The position numbers and the translations under genes are program-made. From assembly GCA_964591955.1 (NCBI GenBank), contig CAZQBT010000006.1, positions 1,809 through 65,808 on the forward strand: a DNA stretch of 64,000 nucleotides, given 5' to 3'. This stretch comes from an uncultured Brevinematales bacterium (lineage in GTDB: Bacteria; Spirochaetota; Brevinematia; Brevinematales; CAZQBT01). Positions 1-9,576 of this stretch are shown one piece after another. Every line of letters begins with the position of its first letter. Position 1 is the first letter of the stretch. The notes under the pieces are model-generated. The model did no database searches. It had not been told where the DNA came from and saw only the letters and a list, made by a program, of their open reading frames with translations.

Positions 1-2
1 AT

Positions 3-1724
3 ACAACTTTATTAGAAGCTGCAAAAATGCTCAATATAAAAGTCCCGACTCTGTGTCAACACCCCGACCTGCTTCTTGCGGGAAATTGCCGAATTTGTGT
101 TGTCGAGGTTAAAGGCTCAAGAACGCTTCAGGCATCTTGCTGCACTCCTGTTCGCGATGGTATGGATGTATTCACAAATACGCAGATGGTTCGACGCTCA
201 CGTCGCCATACTCTTTCCTTATTGCTGTCCGAACACAATAACGATTGTGTCAGATGCTATAAGAACGGTAATTGCGAATTACAGGCTCTTGCTATGGAAT
301 ACGGTATTGAGGGGGAAACCTTTATCGATATTAGCGGCGACACGGCTATTGATATGTCTTCACCTTCCATTATGAAAGACGACAGCAAATGTATCAAATG
401 CCAACGATGTGTGAGAACATGTCAGGAACTCCAACAGGTAAGCGCGCTTGCGGTTGCCCATAAAGGAAATTCCATTAAGCTGACAACATTTATGGAAAAA
501 CCTTTGCATTTTGTAGTATGCACAAACTGCGGGCAATGCGTTAACCGGTGTCCTACGGGCGCATTAATCGAAAAAAGCTATATTAGCGAGGTTTGGAATG
601 CTTTAGATGACCCTGCCAAACACGTTGTTGTCCAGACAGCGCCCGCGGTTAGAGTTGCTTTAGGCGAAACTTTAGGTTATGACCCCGGCGAAAGAGTAAC
701 GGGCAAAATGGTTACCGCCCTGCGCCGTCTCGGATTTGATTCGGTCTTTGATACAAATTTTACGGCAGACCTTACCATTATGGAGGAAGGAACGGAGTTG
801 CTTATGCGGTTAAAATCTGCACTTGCCGATAAAAACCCTGCCGCTTTACCGCAGTTTACCTCTTGTTCGCCGGGATGGATTAAATATATTGAACACGAAT
901 TCCCGGATATTCTTGATTATCTTTCAACTTGTAAATCTCCTCAACAGATGTTCGGCGCAATTGCCAAGACTTATTACGCTCAAAAATCCGGTATTGACCC
1001 TAAAGATATAATAGTTGTGTCCGTTATGCCCTGCACGGCTAAAAAATTTGAAGCAAACCGCCCTGAAATGAATTCAAGCGGGTATCAGGACGTTGACTAC
1101 GTGATAACAACCCGCGAACTCGGTCGTATGATACGGGAGGCGGGTATAGACTTCAAGGAGCTTGAGGCTGGAGAATGCGACAGTCTTCTCGGAAAGCATA
1201 CCGGAGCTGCGGTTATTTTCGGTGCAACCGGCGGAGTTATGGAGGCAGCGCTTCGCACCGCTTATGAAATTATTACGGGGCGTGAAGTGCCTTTTGATAA
1301 TCTTAACATCACCCCCGTTCGCGGTATGGAGGGTGTAAGAGAAGCGACAATCAAAATCGAAGGATGCGTTCCGGACTGGAGTTTCCTTGAAGGTGCGGAA
1401 TTAAAAGTTGCAATCGCTCACGGGCTTTCAAACGCAAGAAAGGTTACAAAACAAGTTGCGGAGGGAAAGTCCCCTTACCATTTTATTGAAATTATGGCAT
1501 GTCCCGGGGGATGTATCGGGGGCGGCGGCCAACCTATCCCGACAAGTCTTGATATTAGACAGTTGCGTATGGATGCTATCTATAACGAAGATGGCGATTT
1601 GCCTCTGCGAAAATCCCATGAAAACCCGGAGATTACGCGTATTTACTCCGATTTCTTAGGAAAACCCCTAAGCCATAAATCACACGAGCTTTTGCATACC
1701 CATTACACAAAAAGGAAATGGTAA
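3..1724 (+). CDS. hydA: [FeFe]-hydrogenase catalytic subunit, group A (HndD/HydA-like), 5'-truncated by the window edge
   Basis: H-cluster motifs FTSCSPGW, MPCTAKKFE and EIMACPGGCIGGGGQP. N-terminal [2Fe-2S] (PTLC..CRICVVE..SC), His-ligated cluster (HNNDCVRC..NC) and two CxxCxxCxxxC clusters. The frame is open back to base 3 (TTLLEAAKM), so the true start is upstream. Confidence 0.95.
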   Translation, partial: TTLLEAAKMLNIKVPTLCQHPDLLLAGNCRICVVEVKGSRTLQASCCTPVRDGMDVFTNTQMVRRSRRHTLSLLLSEHNNDCVRCYKNGNCELQALAMEYGIEGETFIDISGDTAIDMSSPSIMKDDSKCIKCQRCVRTCQELQQVSALAVAHKGNSIKLTTFMEKPLHFVVCTNCGQCVNRCPTGALIEKSYISEVWNALDDPAKHVVVQTAPAVRVALGETLGYDPGERVTGKMVTALRRLGFDSVFDTNFTADLTIMEEGTELLMRLKSALADKNPAALPQFTSCSPGWIKYIEHEFPDILDYLSTCKSPQQMFGAIAKTYYAQKSGIDPKDIIVVSVMPCTAKKFEANRPEMNSSGYQDVDYVITTRELGRMIREAGIDFKELEAGECDSLLGKHTGAAVIFGATGGVMEAALRTAYEIITGREVPFDNLNITPVRGMEGVREATIKIEGCVPDWSFLEGAELKVAIAHGLSNARKVTKQVAEGKSPYHFIEIMACPGGCIGGGGQPIPTSLDIRQLRMDAIYNEDGDLPLRKSHENPEITRIYSDFLGKPLSHKSHELLHTHYTKRKW

Positions 1725-1831
1725 TTTAGGGATTTCGCCGACGGAATGATAGAATTTGTTTTTTTGCGTTTTGATATTGAACTATCTAAATTTTCCAAAA
1801 TATAAAAAATATAATTTAAAAGATTCTTATC

Positions 1832-1860
1832 TTGTAATACTTTTGGTTTTATGATATACT
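1832..1860 (+). promoter_or_regulatory. Putative sigma70 promoter for the secretin gene
   Basis: TTGTAA-N17-TATACT with an extended -10 TG, 33 nt upstream of the ATG at 1894. Confidence 0.5.
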
Positions 1861-1893
1861 TTAATGCCATAATAAATTAGCGGAGAAAAATTA

Positions 1894-3297
1894 ATGAAGA
1901 AAATATTTTTAGCATTGACGGCTATTTTGATTATATCTGTTAATTTGTATGCCCAGCAGGGTTCTCCTCAGGAAATGCCTCCGGGTATGCGGGAACGTAT
2001 GGAAAGCGGAGGCGGTGATAGTTCCGGAGCTATTATACAGATAAAGGGCACTCTAATCGAAGGTCTAAGCGGTAATTTTTCCGCGACTTTTCAGGGAACA
2101 CCGCTTCAGGATGTCATTCGTCTTTTCGCTATGCAGTCCGGTCTTAATATTATAGTTACGCCAAAAGTTCAGGCTACCATAACTGCAAATTTCAAGGATG
2201 CCCCAATAAAGGATGCATTTTATGCCATCCTTTCCGCAAACGGTTTATATTATCTTGAACAGGGAAATATAATTAAAATTCTGACGCTTAGCGAATATCA
2301 AAGCGACTTAAAAAAATCTTATTTGGTTACCCAAACCTACGATGCCTCAATAATTGACTTGGAAAATCTTGTAACGGTAATCCGTCCTTTCCTTACCCCG
2401 GGTATAGGTAATATTTCTTTAGATAAACAATCATCCAAGATTATAGTTACGGATGTGGAAGATAATTTTAAGCGAATAGAAAGGGTAATTAACGAGGTAT
2501 CTTCCTTGCCGAAAATGGTGGAAATAGAAACCCGCATAGTTCAGGTTGCGCTTGAAGACGGTGACGAAATCGGTATAAGATGGGAGTATCTTGACCCGAC
2601 GAAGGGTGGCTCGCTAAAAATCCAGCATCTGATGGGTCCCGATGGAGGATTTGGAACAGGAGCTTTTACAATCACCGGATTAAAAGAGTTCGATAATCTT
2701 ACAACGCTAAATGCCGTTATTTCTTTGCTTGCCCAGTCTTATGACCTTAAAATTGTCGCAAAACCCCGTATTCTTGCTATGAACAGGGGTAGTGCCAGTA
2801 TCCTTATAGGGGACAAAGTTCCTTACATAAAAAGTATTATCCGCGATTCGGCAACATCGGAGCAAACCTCGCAAATAGAGTTTGTGGATGTCGGTATCAA
2901 ATTGGAAGTCAAGCCTACTATTACAATCAACAACGAGGTAAAAATCGAGGTGAAGGTTGAGCGAAGTTCGCATGAGTTTATTCCGATTACATCAACGGAA
3001 AACGCACCGAAGGTCATTACCACAGAAGTTATCAGCGAGGCTATTGTCCGCAACGAGGAAACCATAGTGATAGGCGGGCTAATCCGCACGGAAACTTACG
3101 AAAGGATTAGCGGAATACCGTTTTTAAGTCGAATTCCTGTGCTTAAATATCTGTTTTCACACACAAAGACGGAAACCAACCGCTCAGAGCTTTTGATTTT
3201 CCTTACTCCCCGCATTATTACGGACGGGAAAAGCAATATAAATTTAGGACATTATAACGAGGCTATTTTGAGGGAAGAGGGGTTTATTAAAGACTAA
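1894..3297 (+). CDS. Secretin (GspD/PilQ family outer-membrane channel)
   Basis: Signal peptide (LYA|QQ), STN-like N domain (PLQDVIRLFAMQSGLNIIV), secretin core (VEIETRIVQV, VGIKLEVKPTI, IVIGGLI, GIPFLSRIPVLKYLF, ELLIFLTPRII). Confidence 0.9.
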   Translation: MKKIFLALTAILIISVNLYAQQGSPQEMPPGMRERMESGGGDSSGAIIQIKGTLIEGLSGNFSATFQGTPLQDVIRLFAMQSGLNIIVTPKVQATITANFKDAPIKDAFYAILSANGLYYLEQGNIIKILTLSEYQSDLKKSYLVTQTYDASIIDLENLVTVIRPFLTPGIGNISLDKQSSKIIVTDVEDNFKRIERVINEVSSLPKMVEIETRIVQVALEDGDEIGIRWEYLDPTKGGSLKIQHLMGPDGGFGTGAFTITGLKEFDNLTTLNAVISLLAQSYDLKIVAKPRILAMNRGSASILIGDKVPYIKSIIRDSATSEQTSQIEFVDVGIKLEVKPTITINNEVKIEVKVERSSHEFIPITSTENAPKVITTEVISEAIVRNEETIVIGGLIRTETYERISGIPFLSRIPVLKYLFSHTKTETNRSELLIFLTPRIITDGKSNINLGHYNEAILREEGFIKD

Positions 3298-3314
3298 ATT
3301 TTCGGATACTAATT

Positions 3315-5291
3315 GTGAGATTAATAAAGCGCAAAAAAATCAAATCATCCGTATCGGTTGTTGCCCTTGTTACCACCGCTATTTTGATGATTCTCGCGAT
3401 TACTTTAACAAATATGGTTTTTTTCTCGATGATAACATCGGAACGCGAGGTGGAGATACAGCGTGCAAGATGGTTTTTAGAAGGGCGGGTTCAGGAATAT
3501 TTTGACCAAATTATTCGCGGCAATGCAAACATTGAGTTCGGCAGACGCACCTTTGTTGAGGAAATTGAAGAAAAAGAACAGCCTTATGATTTTAATTTGT
3601 ATGAAAAAGACGGCGCATTTTTTCTTCATGCCTCTATGCGATGGAAAAACCGGTATGCTACCGAACAGCTTATTCAATTTAACCGTCTGAATATCTTTGA
3701 ATATGCGCTTTTTTTCAATGGTGATAAAGAAATGGTGTTAATGGATAACCTTATGGTAGTGGGGGATATAGGAGTAAAAGGTCGACTACGGATTATCAAC
3801 ACCCCCGATAACAGGTTCTTTTTATATGCATCCCCTCCTTCTTTTATACCCAGAATAGATTTTCCCGAAGCCTCTCCTGTTGTTTCTCCGATTTATTTCA
3901 CCGAATCAATGAGCCGACTTCTTGAGATGTCATACCAAAGTTTCGATTATGAAAGACTTGAAATTCCTAATACTTCGGTTTTTAATCAAAGCGAAAGAAT
4001 TAATCATCTTGAATTGCCGAGTTTTAATACTATTTGGAGAAGCTATTATCCTTACAGGGATACGGCGTGGTTTATTGATAATCCGTCTTTTTACACAACA
4101 AAACAGATAGCAAACCCACTTTCAAGCACCAAAGAGCTTATAGCAATAGGTAACGGGTACTCTACCTCATTCAGAGCAAATAGAAATGAAATCCAAAACG
4201 TATATATAAAAAGAACCGATAGCAGAAGACGTTTCCAAAGGGTAGAATCCTTGGATTATTCATACTTTTACGGTCCCCAGTCAAAAGACAGGTTTTTCAG
4301 GTTTGACAGGGGGCAGCTTACGCTTGTTGCCTCTTCGATGCCGATACCTTTAATGTTACCCGAAGAAAGTATCCAAATATTCAGGGAGATAGGGCTTACG
4401 GGAAGAAACTGGTCTGTAATATCACGTGATGAAAGAATAGAAGATTTATATTTTGATAATCCGGCACCCCGAAACAGGCTGTTAAATAATGTCGATTACC
4501 GATATTATTTTAACGACAAAGCAATAAGCCTGCAATCAAGAGCATTTTTTGAAAATCATACCTGGAGCTTGGGGCGCGGAGACGGGGCAAGAGTGTCTTA
4601 TCCGATAGGAAAGCGTGGTAGTAGGACTTATATCTACGTCGGACAAGAGAGAACCATTGGTTTTTCGTCCTACGGAAATACCGTTGTATTCACAGACCCT
4701 CCCCCGTATGGAGTTGAAATCCGTTCAATAATTGACCCTCCCCAAGTTTACGCCCGAAAAAGCCCTCCATCATCGCGAGACGGCATTTTTATTGATACAA
4801 TCGACAATGCCGTTGTCCTTGACCTGTCAAGAATACAAAATTATCCCCGAAACGGGGTAATTTTATCTACGCTACCGGTATTTGTTACGGGAAATGCAAG
4901 AGAACCGTTGGTTATTATATCCAGTGATTCCATTTATTTGGACAACATAAATCAGGATTATTCGGGCGAACCCGTTATGGTTATTTCGCGCGAGGGGGTT
5001 TGGGTTTACCGCAAATCGGACAGTTTGGGCGATGAAATGCTTAATAAAGTCGTTATCTATTCGCCTCTAAAAGGACTTTACACTATTACCGAAAACGGCA
5101 ATTGGGGAAATTATCCTATCAACGTTTACGGGACTGTTGTTCTAAGCTATGAAAACCCCGAGGGCTCGGTTGATATCGACCTTATGGAAAAGAATTATAT
5201 CTATTATCCGGGAATACTGAATTATATCAACAAAAAACCCTTTTCAATATTTCCATTGCCTATTGACATTGTATCCGTTCGCAGAAGGTAG
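3315..5291 (+). CDS. PilX/GspK-like minor pilin-type protein with a large C-terminal region
   Basis: Basic leader, then a hydrophobic helix and the amphipathic segment EREVEIQRARWFLEG. FEYALFFNGD..GDIG segment. Lies directly downstream of the secretin. Confidence 0.5.
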   Translation: MRLIKRKKIKSSVSVVALVTTAILMILAITLTNMVFFSMITSEREVEIQRARWFLEGRVQEYFDQIIRGNANIEFGRRTFVEEIEEKEQPYDFNLYEKDGAFFLHASMRWKNRYATEQLIQFNRLNIFEYALFFNGDKEMVLMDNLMVVGDIGVKGRLRIINTPDNRFFLYASPPSFIPRIDFPEASPVVSPIYFTESMSRLLEMSYQSFDYERLEIPNTSVFNQSERINHLELPSFNTIWRSYYPYRDTAWFIDNPSFYTTKQIANPLSSTKELIAIGNGYSTSFRANRNEIQNVYIKRTDSRRRFQRVESLDYSYFYGPQSKDRFFRFDRGQLTLVASSMPIPLMLPEESIQIFREIGLTGRNWSVISRDERIEDLYFDNPAPRNRLLNNVDYRYYFNDKAISLQSRAFFENHTWSLGRGDGARVSYPIGKRGSRTYIYVGQERTIGFSSYGNTVVFTDPPPYGVEIRSIIDPPQVYARKSPPSSRDGIFIDTIDNAVVLDLSRIQNYPRNGVILSTLPVFVTGNAREPLVIISSDSIYLDNINQDYSGEPVMVISREGVWVYRKSDSLGDEMLNKVVIYSPLKGLYTITENGNWGNYPINVYGTVVLSYENPEGSVDIDLMEKNYIYYPGILNYINKKPFSIFPLPIDIVSVRRR

Positions 5292-5329
5292 TAAAAAACC
5301 GGTATTCTAAGAAATATTCCGGCAAAAAC

Positions 5330-5376
5330 TTGACCTGTTTTGTATATCGAGGTAATATATATCATTATGATATACA
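5330..5376 (+). promoter_or_regulatory. padR promoter with overlapping palindromic operator(s)
   Basis: TTGACC-N17-TAATAT (5330-5358). Perfect inverted repeat TATATCAT-T-ATGATATA (5358-5374), preceded by a degenerate copy (5343-5359). Confidence 0.65.
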
Positions 5377-5386
5377 GGGGGTTTCT

Positions 5387-5929
5387 ATGAATTTAGAGAA
5401 TATGGCGCTTGCTTTTCTAAATCAATCACCTATGACGGGGTATCAACTTAAAAAAATTATCGAAAAATCGACCGGACATTTCTTTAAGATGAGTTTCGGA
5501 AGTATTTACCCGTCTCTGCATCGTCTTAACACTCAGGGATTCCTTGAGATGCAGGAAACTACCGAAAACGGAAAAACCAAAAAGGTATATTCAATCACCC
5601 CCGCCGGAAAGGAAAAATTTATTGAGTGGCTTCGAATCCCGCCTGAAGTATCCCTAATAGAGGAAGAGTTTTTGGCAAAACTCAATTTTTTCGAGAATTT
5701 AACTCCAAAAGAAATCCGCCATTCAATCCATTCCTACTTAGAAAAACTGTCGGAACTCAAATGGAAGCTTGCGGAAATTGAGGAATTTATATTAAACTAC
5801 GAAAGGCAATACCCATCATCTGACCTCTGCTTTAAAAAGGCAACGGTAAAATTCGGCTTACAATACTACGATTTGGTTCGCGACTGGTTTTATGATATCC
5901 TAAAAGAGCTTGATAAAAAAAGGATATAA
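5387..5929 (+). CDS. PadR-family transcriptional regulator
   Basis: PMTGYQLKK..SFGSIYPSLHRL..KKVYSITPAGK wHTH motif. ATG at 5387 follows a GGGGG RBS. Confidence 0.92.
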   Translation: MNLENMALAFLNQSPMTGYQLKKIIEKSTGHFFKMSFGSIYPSLHRLNTQGFLEMQETTENGKTKKVYSITPAGKEKFIEWLRIPPEVSLIEEEFLAKLNFFENLTPKEIRHSIHSYLEKLSELKWKLAEIEEFILNYERQYPSSDLCFKKATVKFGLQYYDLVRDWFYDILKELDKKRI

Positions 5930-6011
5930 AGAAAACTCTCAATAATATTTTCTATTGACTTTTTAAATCCCGACTATATAATTATTCCAAAAAAAAAAAA
6001 TAAACAGGGGT

Positions 6012-7451
6012 ATGAAAATGCAGGAAAATACCGCAAAGCTTCCGCTAAAGGTTAAAATGGGTTACGGCGTTTGTGATATAGGAGGAAATCTATTTTTTAC
6101 TATTGTCGGGTTTTGGCTTTTAAACTTTATTACCGACACCATAGGTTTAGCCCCTATCCTTGCAGGCACGGCGCTTATGATAGGAAAGTTATGGGATGCT
6201 GTAACCGACCCTATGGTCGGCTATATCTCCGACAGGACAAAAAGCAGATGGGGGCGACGTCTCCCGTATATCCTTTTCGGTTCACTGCCTCTTTTTATTA
6301 CCTGTTTTCTTATGTTCTCAAACCCCGTAATGCTCTTTAATTTTTCCCCCGAAAACCAGATGGGGCTATTCTGGTGGACGCTTGTAATTTTCAGCCTTTT
6401 CTCTACCGCATACACTTTAGTTAATATACCCTACTCCTCATTAACGCCCGAACTTACCCCCGACTATAATGAGCGCACCTCTCTTAATGGGTTTCGTATG
6501 TCGTTTGCGGTTGTAGGCACTTTAATAGGCGCAGGCGCAGCGCTTCCGATTGTTAATGCTTTTGCACCGGGCGATGATAAAAGTGTAGGATGGATGATTG
6601 CGGGGTTGGTTTTCGGCGCAGTTATGTTGATTACCGCGCTTATCACCTTTTTCTCAATAAAAAATCATAAAACCTCCCATCGTTTCGAGCCTCCGAAAAA
6701 ACAAGCCAATATCTTTTTATCTTATTTCTCTGCTATAAAATGCAAGCCTTATTTACTAATTCTTATCCCTTGGGTTATGAATATGGCGGGAATTACTATT
6801 GTGCAAAGCGTTTTAAAATACTATTTTGACCATATCTACAAGCAAAGCGACCTTCTGACTATCGCAATGGGAATTCTAATATTAACCGCACTTATTTTCA
6901 TCCCTCTATGGGTGGCAATATCAAAGCGTATCGGGAAAAAGTTTTGCTATATTATAGGTTTGTCTATTATCGCGCTTAATTTAATTCTCTTTTTTATCTT
7001 TGCGCACACGACGGGAATATGGTATGCGTTTCTAACTATGTTTTTAACCGGTTTCGGACTTTCCACAACTTATGTGTTCCCGTGGTCTATTGTCCCCGAT
7101 GCTATTGAATATGACTATATTACTCACGGTAAACGTCGCGAAGGGGTATTCTACGGAATGTGGACATTTGTTTCAAAGGTGGCATCGGCGTTTGCACTGT
7201 GGCTTACCGGGTGGGTTTTACAAATTTCGGGGTATATTCGCCTGACCGATAAAATTGCAGAACAACCCCCATCTGCGCTTTTCGGTATCCGTTTTCTTAC
7301 GGGTCCCGTGTCCGCAATATTTTTTGTAATCGGCGCTTTAGTATTGTTTTTCTATCCTATCACCAAAGAAAGATATAAAATCATACGCGAGCGCGCTCAA
7401 AAAATAGAAAGCGGGGAAATCCAATCCGGCTTGGACGGCTTGGATTTTTAA
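6012..7451 (+). CDS. MFS transporter, glycoside-pentoside-hexuronide (MelB-like) family
   Basis: KLWDAVTDPMVGYISDRTKSRWGRRLPY, NIPYSSLTPELT and GKRREGVFYG motifs; about 12 hydrophobic segments. Confidence 0.92.
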   Translation: MKMQENTAKLPLKVKMGYGVCDIGGNLFFTIVGFWLLNFITDTIGLAPILAGTALMIGKLWDAVTDPMVGYISDRTKSRWGRRLPYILFGSLPLFITCFLMFSNPVMLFNFSPENQMGLFWWTLVIFSLFSTAYTLVNIPYSSLTPELTPDYNERTSLNGFRMSFAVVGTLIGAGAALPIVNAFAPGDDKSVGWMIAGLVFGAVMLITALITFFSIKNHKTSHRFEPPKKQANIFLSYFSAIKCKPYLLILIPWVMNMAGITIVQSVLKYYFDHIYKQSDLLTIAMGILILTALIFIPLWVAISKRIGKKFCYIIGLSIIALNLILFFIFAHTTGIWYAFLTMFLTGFGLSTTYVFPWSIVPDAIEYDYITHGKRREGVFYGMWTFVSKVASAFALWLTGWVLQISGYIRLTDKIAEQPPSALFGIRFLTGPVSAIFFVIGALVLFFYPITKERYKIIRERAQKIESGEIQSGLDGLDF

Positions 7452-7513
7452 ACCTTAAAACCGTTTAATAGTGGCAAAGTCATCCTGATTGTATGAAAAG
7501 TATTCACGAAAGG

Positions 7514-7617
7514 TAGATGCATCATCTAAATGGGTGGCTCCGACTTTGCTCATCCACCGGGCTGATGGTTTTCAGTTTGCTACGCTCAATGACCGGTCGA
7601 TGAGTGTAGCCGAAGCG
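7514..7617. repeat. GC-rich intergenic palindromic (REP-like) element
   Basis: Three hairpins: TAGATG/CATCTA (7514-7528), GGTGG..CCACC (7533-7558) and GCTACGCTCA..TGAGTGTAGC (7579-7610) around GACCGGTC. Confidence 0.55.
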
Positions 7618-7759
7618 CGCTCAAGACGACTCTCAATCGGGCAAAAATTAAATTTGCACTGCAATTTATTATTATCACTCCGAAAAATTTTACTTTTTAG
7701 CAAATTTCTTTTATAATAATCCTCTTTTTTAAAATTACAGATTGTGGAAGGGGAATACG

Positions 7760-8635
7760 ATGGATTCCGAAACGAAAAAAATTCTTGACCAAAAGGCGCG
7801 TGATTTCCGAAGGGATATACTGCTTATGCTTTATGAGGCAAACAGCGGGCATCCCGGCGGCTCGCTTTCCGCGATAGACGTAATAGCATATCTTTTCCTT
7901 AAAGTTATGAAATTCGACCCGAAAAACCCCTCAATGCCCGACAGAGACCGTTTTATTTTGTCGAAAGGGCATGCCGCACCCGCTCTGTATGTGGTGCTTG
8001 CAAACGTGGGATATTATTCAACCAGATTGTTGAAAACGCTTCGTAAGCTCGGAAGCCCGTTGCAGGGTCATCCCGACAGCCGAAAACTTCCCGGCGTGGA
8101 AACATCCACAGGCTCGCTCGGACAAGGCATATCTATTGCCGGAGGTATGGCTCTTGGCGGAAAACTCGATAAGATGGACTATAATGTCTTTACTATGATT
8201 GGCGACGGGGAATTACAGGAAGGACAGGTTTGGGAAGCGGCTATGGCTATTGCCCATTATAAATTAGACAACCTCTGCCTTTTTATTGATAATAACGAAC
8301 TTCAGATAGACGGCACGGTATCGGAGATTATGAATGTTCATCCGATTGATGAGAAATTTAAGGCTTTCGGATGGCAAACTATGGAAATTAACGGCAATGA
8401 CTTTGAAGAAATAGAAAGCGCAGTTGAGTTTTTTAAATCCAATAAAGGAAGCGGTATGCCGACCGCTATCATTTCCCATACCGTTAAAGGTAAGTGTATT
8501 TCATTTATGGAAAACAAATTGCAGTGGCATGGCGTAGCGCCTAAGAAGGATGAAGTCGAAAAGGCGCTTGATGAGTTGGGATGTGTTGAGTCGCTTGATA
8601 ACTGGCTTAAGGAGGTCGAGATATGGAAAAGATGA
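7760..8635 (+). CDS. tkt: Transketolase, N-terminal (TPP-binding) subunit
   Basis: SGHPGGSLS, RDRFILSKGH, STGSLGQG and GDGELQEG..WEA motifs. Confidence 0.95.
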   Translation: MDSETKKILDQKARDFRRDILLMLYEANSGHPGGSLSAIDVIAYLFLKVMKFDPKNPSMPDRDRFILSKGHAAPALYVVLANVGYYSTRLLKTLRKLGSPLQGHPDSRKLPGVETSTGSLGQGISIAGGMALGGKLDKMDYNVFTMIGDGELQEGQVWEAAMAIAHYKLDNLCLFIDNNELQIDGTVSEIMNVHPIDEKFKAFGWQTMEINGNDFEEIESAVEFFKSNKGSGMPTAIISHTVKGKCISFMENKLQWHGVAPKKDEVEKALDELGCVESLDNWLKEVEIWKR

Positions 8636-9576
8636 AGTTTGCCTCAACCCGAAGCGCATACGGAAAAGCCCTGCTTAAACTCGGCAAAGAAAACCCCAAT
8701 ATCGTAGTTATGGATGCCGACCTTGCCTGCTCTACCAAAACCGCGCTTTTCGGCAAGGAATTTCCCGACAGATTTTTTAATATGGGTATTGCCGAAGCTA
8801 ATATGATGGGGTTCGCCGCAGGTCTGGCTATTTCCGGTAAAATCGTTTACGTCAGCACTTTTGCTATGTTTGCCGTATTAAGACCTTATGAGCAAATAAG
8901 AAACTCTATTGCATCACAAAACCTCAACGTCAAAATAGTCGCAACGCATGCCGGTATTTCCGTAGGTGAAGACGGACTTTCTCATCAGGCTATTGAAGAT
9001 GTTGCGATACTTCGTGCAATACCGAATATGAAAATTTTTGTTCCTGCAGATGCGGTTTCTGCGGAAAAAATGGTCGAAGAAGCATCTAAAATTCTAGGTC
9101 CAGTTTATATCCGTCTAAGCAGACCCGATACGCCTACTATTTACAATCCGAACGACTATGTTTTCCATAAGGGACAGGCTAATATCCTTAAAGATGCTAC
9201 CGAGGCAAGAATAGCCTTTATTGCAGCGGGAAATATGGTTTATGAAGCGTTAAAGGTTTCCGAACGCTTTGAAAATGAGGGCATATCGACAATCGTGGCG
9301 GATTTCTCCTCTATAAAACCGTTGGATAAAGAAAAATTAATCAGCATAGCAAGACGCACAAAGCTTATCATAACTATGGAGGAGCATACGGTAATCGGCG
9401 GGCTTGGAAGCGCGGTATGTGAGACATTATCCGAGGAATACCCCGCGCCTGTAATCCGTATCGGTATTAACGATTTATTCGGAGAGTCGGGAAGCCCCGC
9501 TGCACTTTTCCAACAGTTCGGGCTAAATTCGGAAGAGGTTTACCGCAGGTTGCTTAAAAAAATACGGTATTTATAG
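8623..9576 (+). CDS. tkt: Transketolase, C-terminal subunit
   Basis: RFFNMGIAEANM, GEDGLSHQ, GPVYIRL and EEHTVIGGLGSAV motifs; overlaps the N-terminal subunit gene. Confidence 0.95.
   Translation: MEKMKFASTRSAYGKALLKLGKENPNIVVMDADLACSTKTALFGKEFPDRFFNMGIAEANMMGFAAGLAISGKIVYVSTFAMFAVLRPYEQIRNSIASQNLNVKIVATHAGISVGEDGLSHQAIEDVAILRAIPNMKIFVPADAVSAEKMVEEASKILGPVYIRLSRPDTPTIYNPNDYVFHKGQANILKDATEARIAFIAAGNMVYEALKVSERFENEGISTIVADFSSIKPLDKEKLISIARRTKLIITMEEHTVIGGLGSAVCETLSEEYPAPVIRIGINDLFGESGSPAALFQQFGLNSEEVYRRLLKKIRYL

Noticed and set aside
7489..7716. 75 aa ORF between the MFS transporter and transketolase
   Set aside because: It runs through the palindromic repeat and the tkt promoter region and has no RBS or recognisable motif
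7760..9576. Split transketolase as a possible frameshifted pseudogene
   Set aside because: Two-subunit transketolases are a common form, and the second gene has its own AAGGAGG RBS
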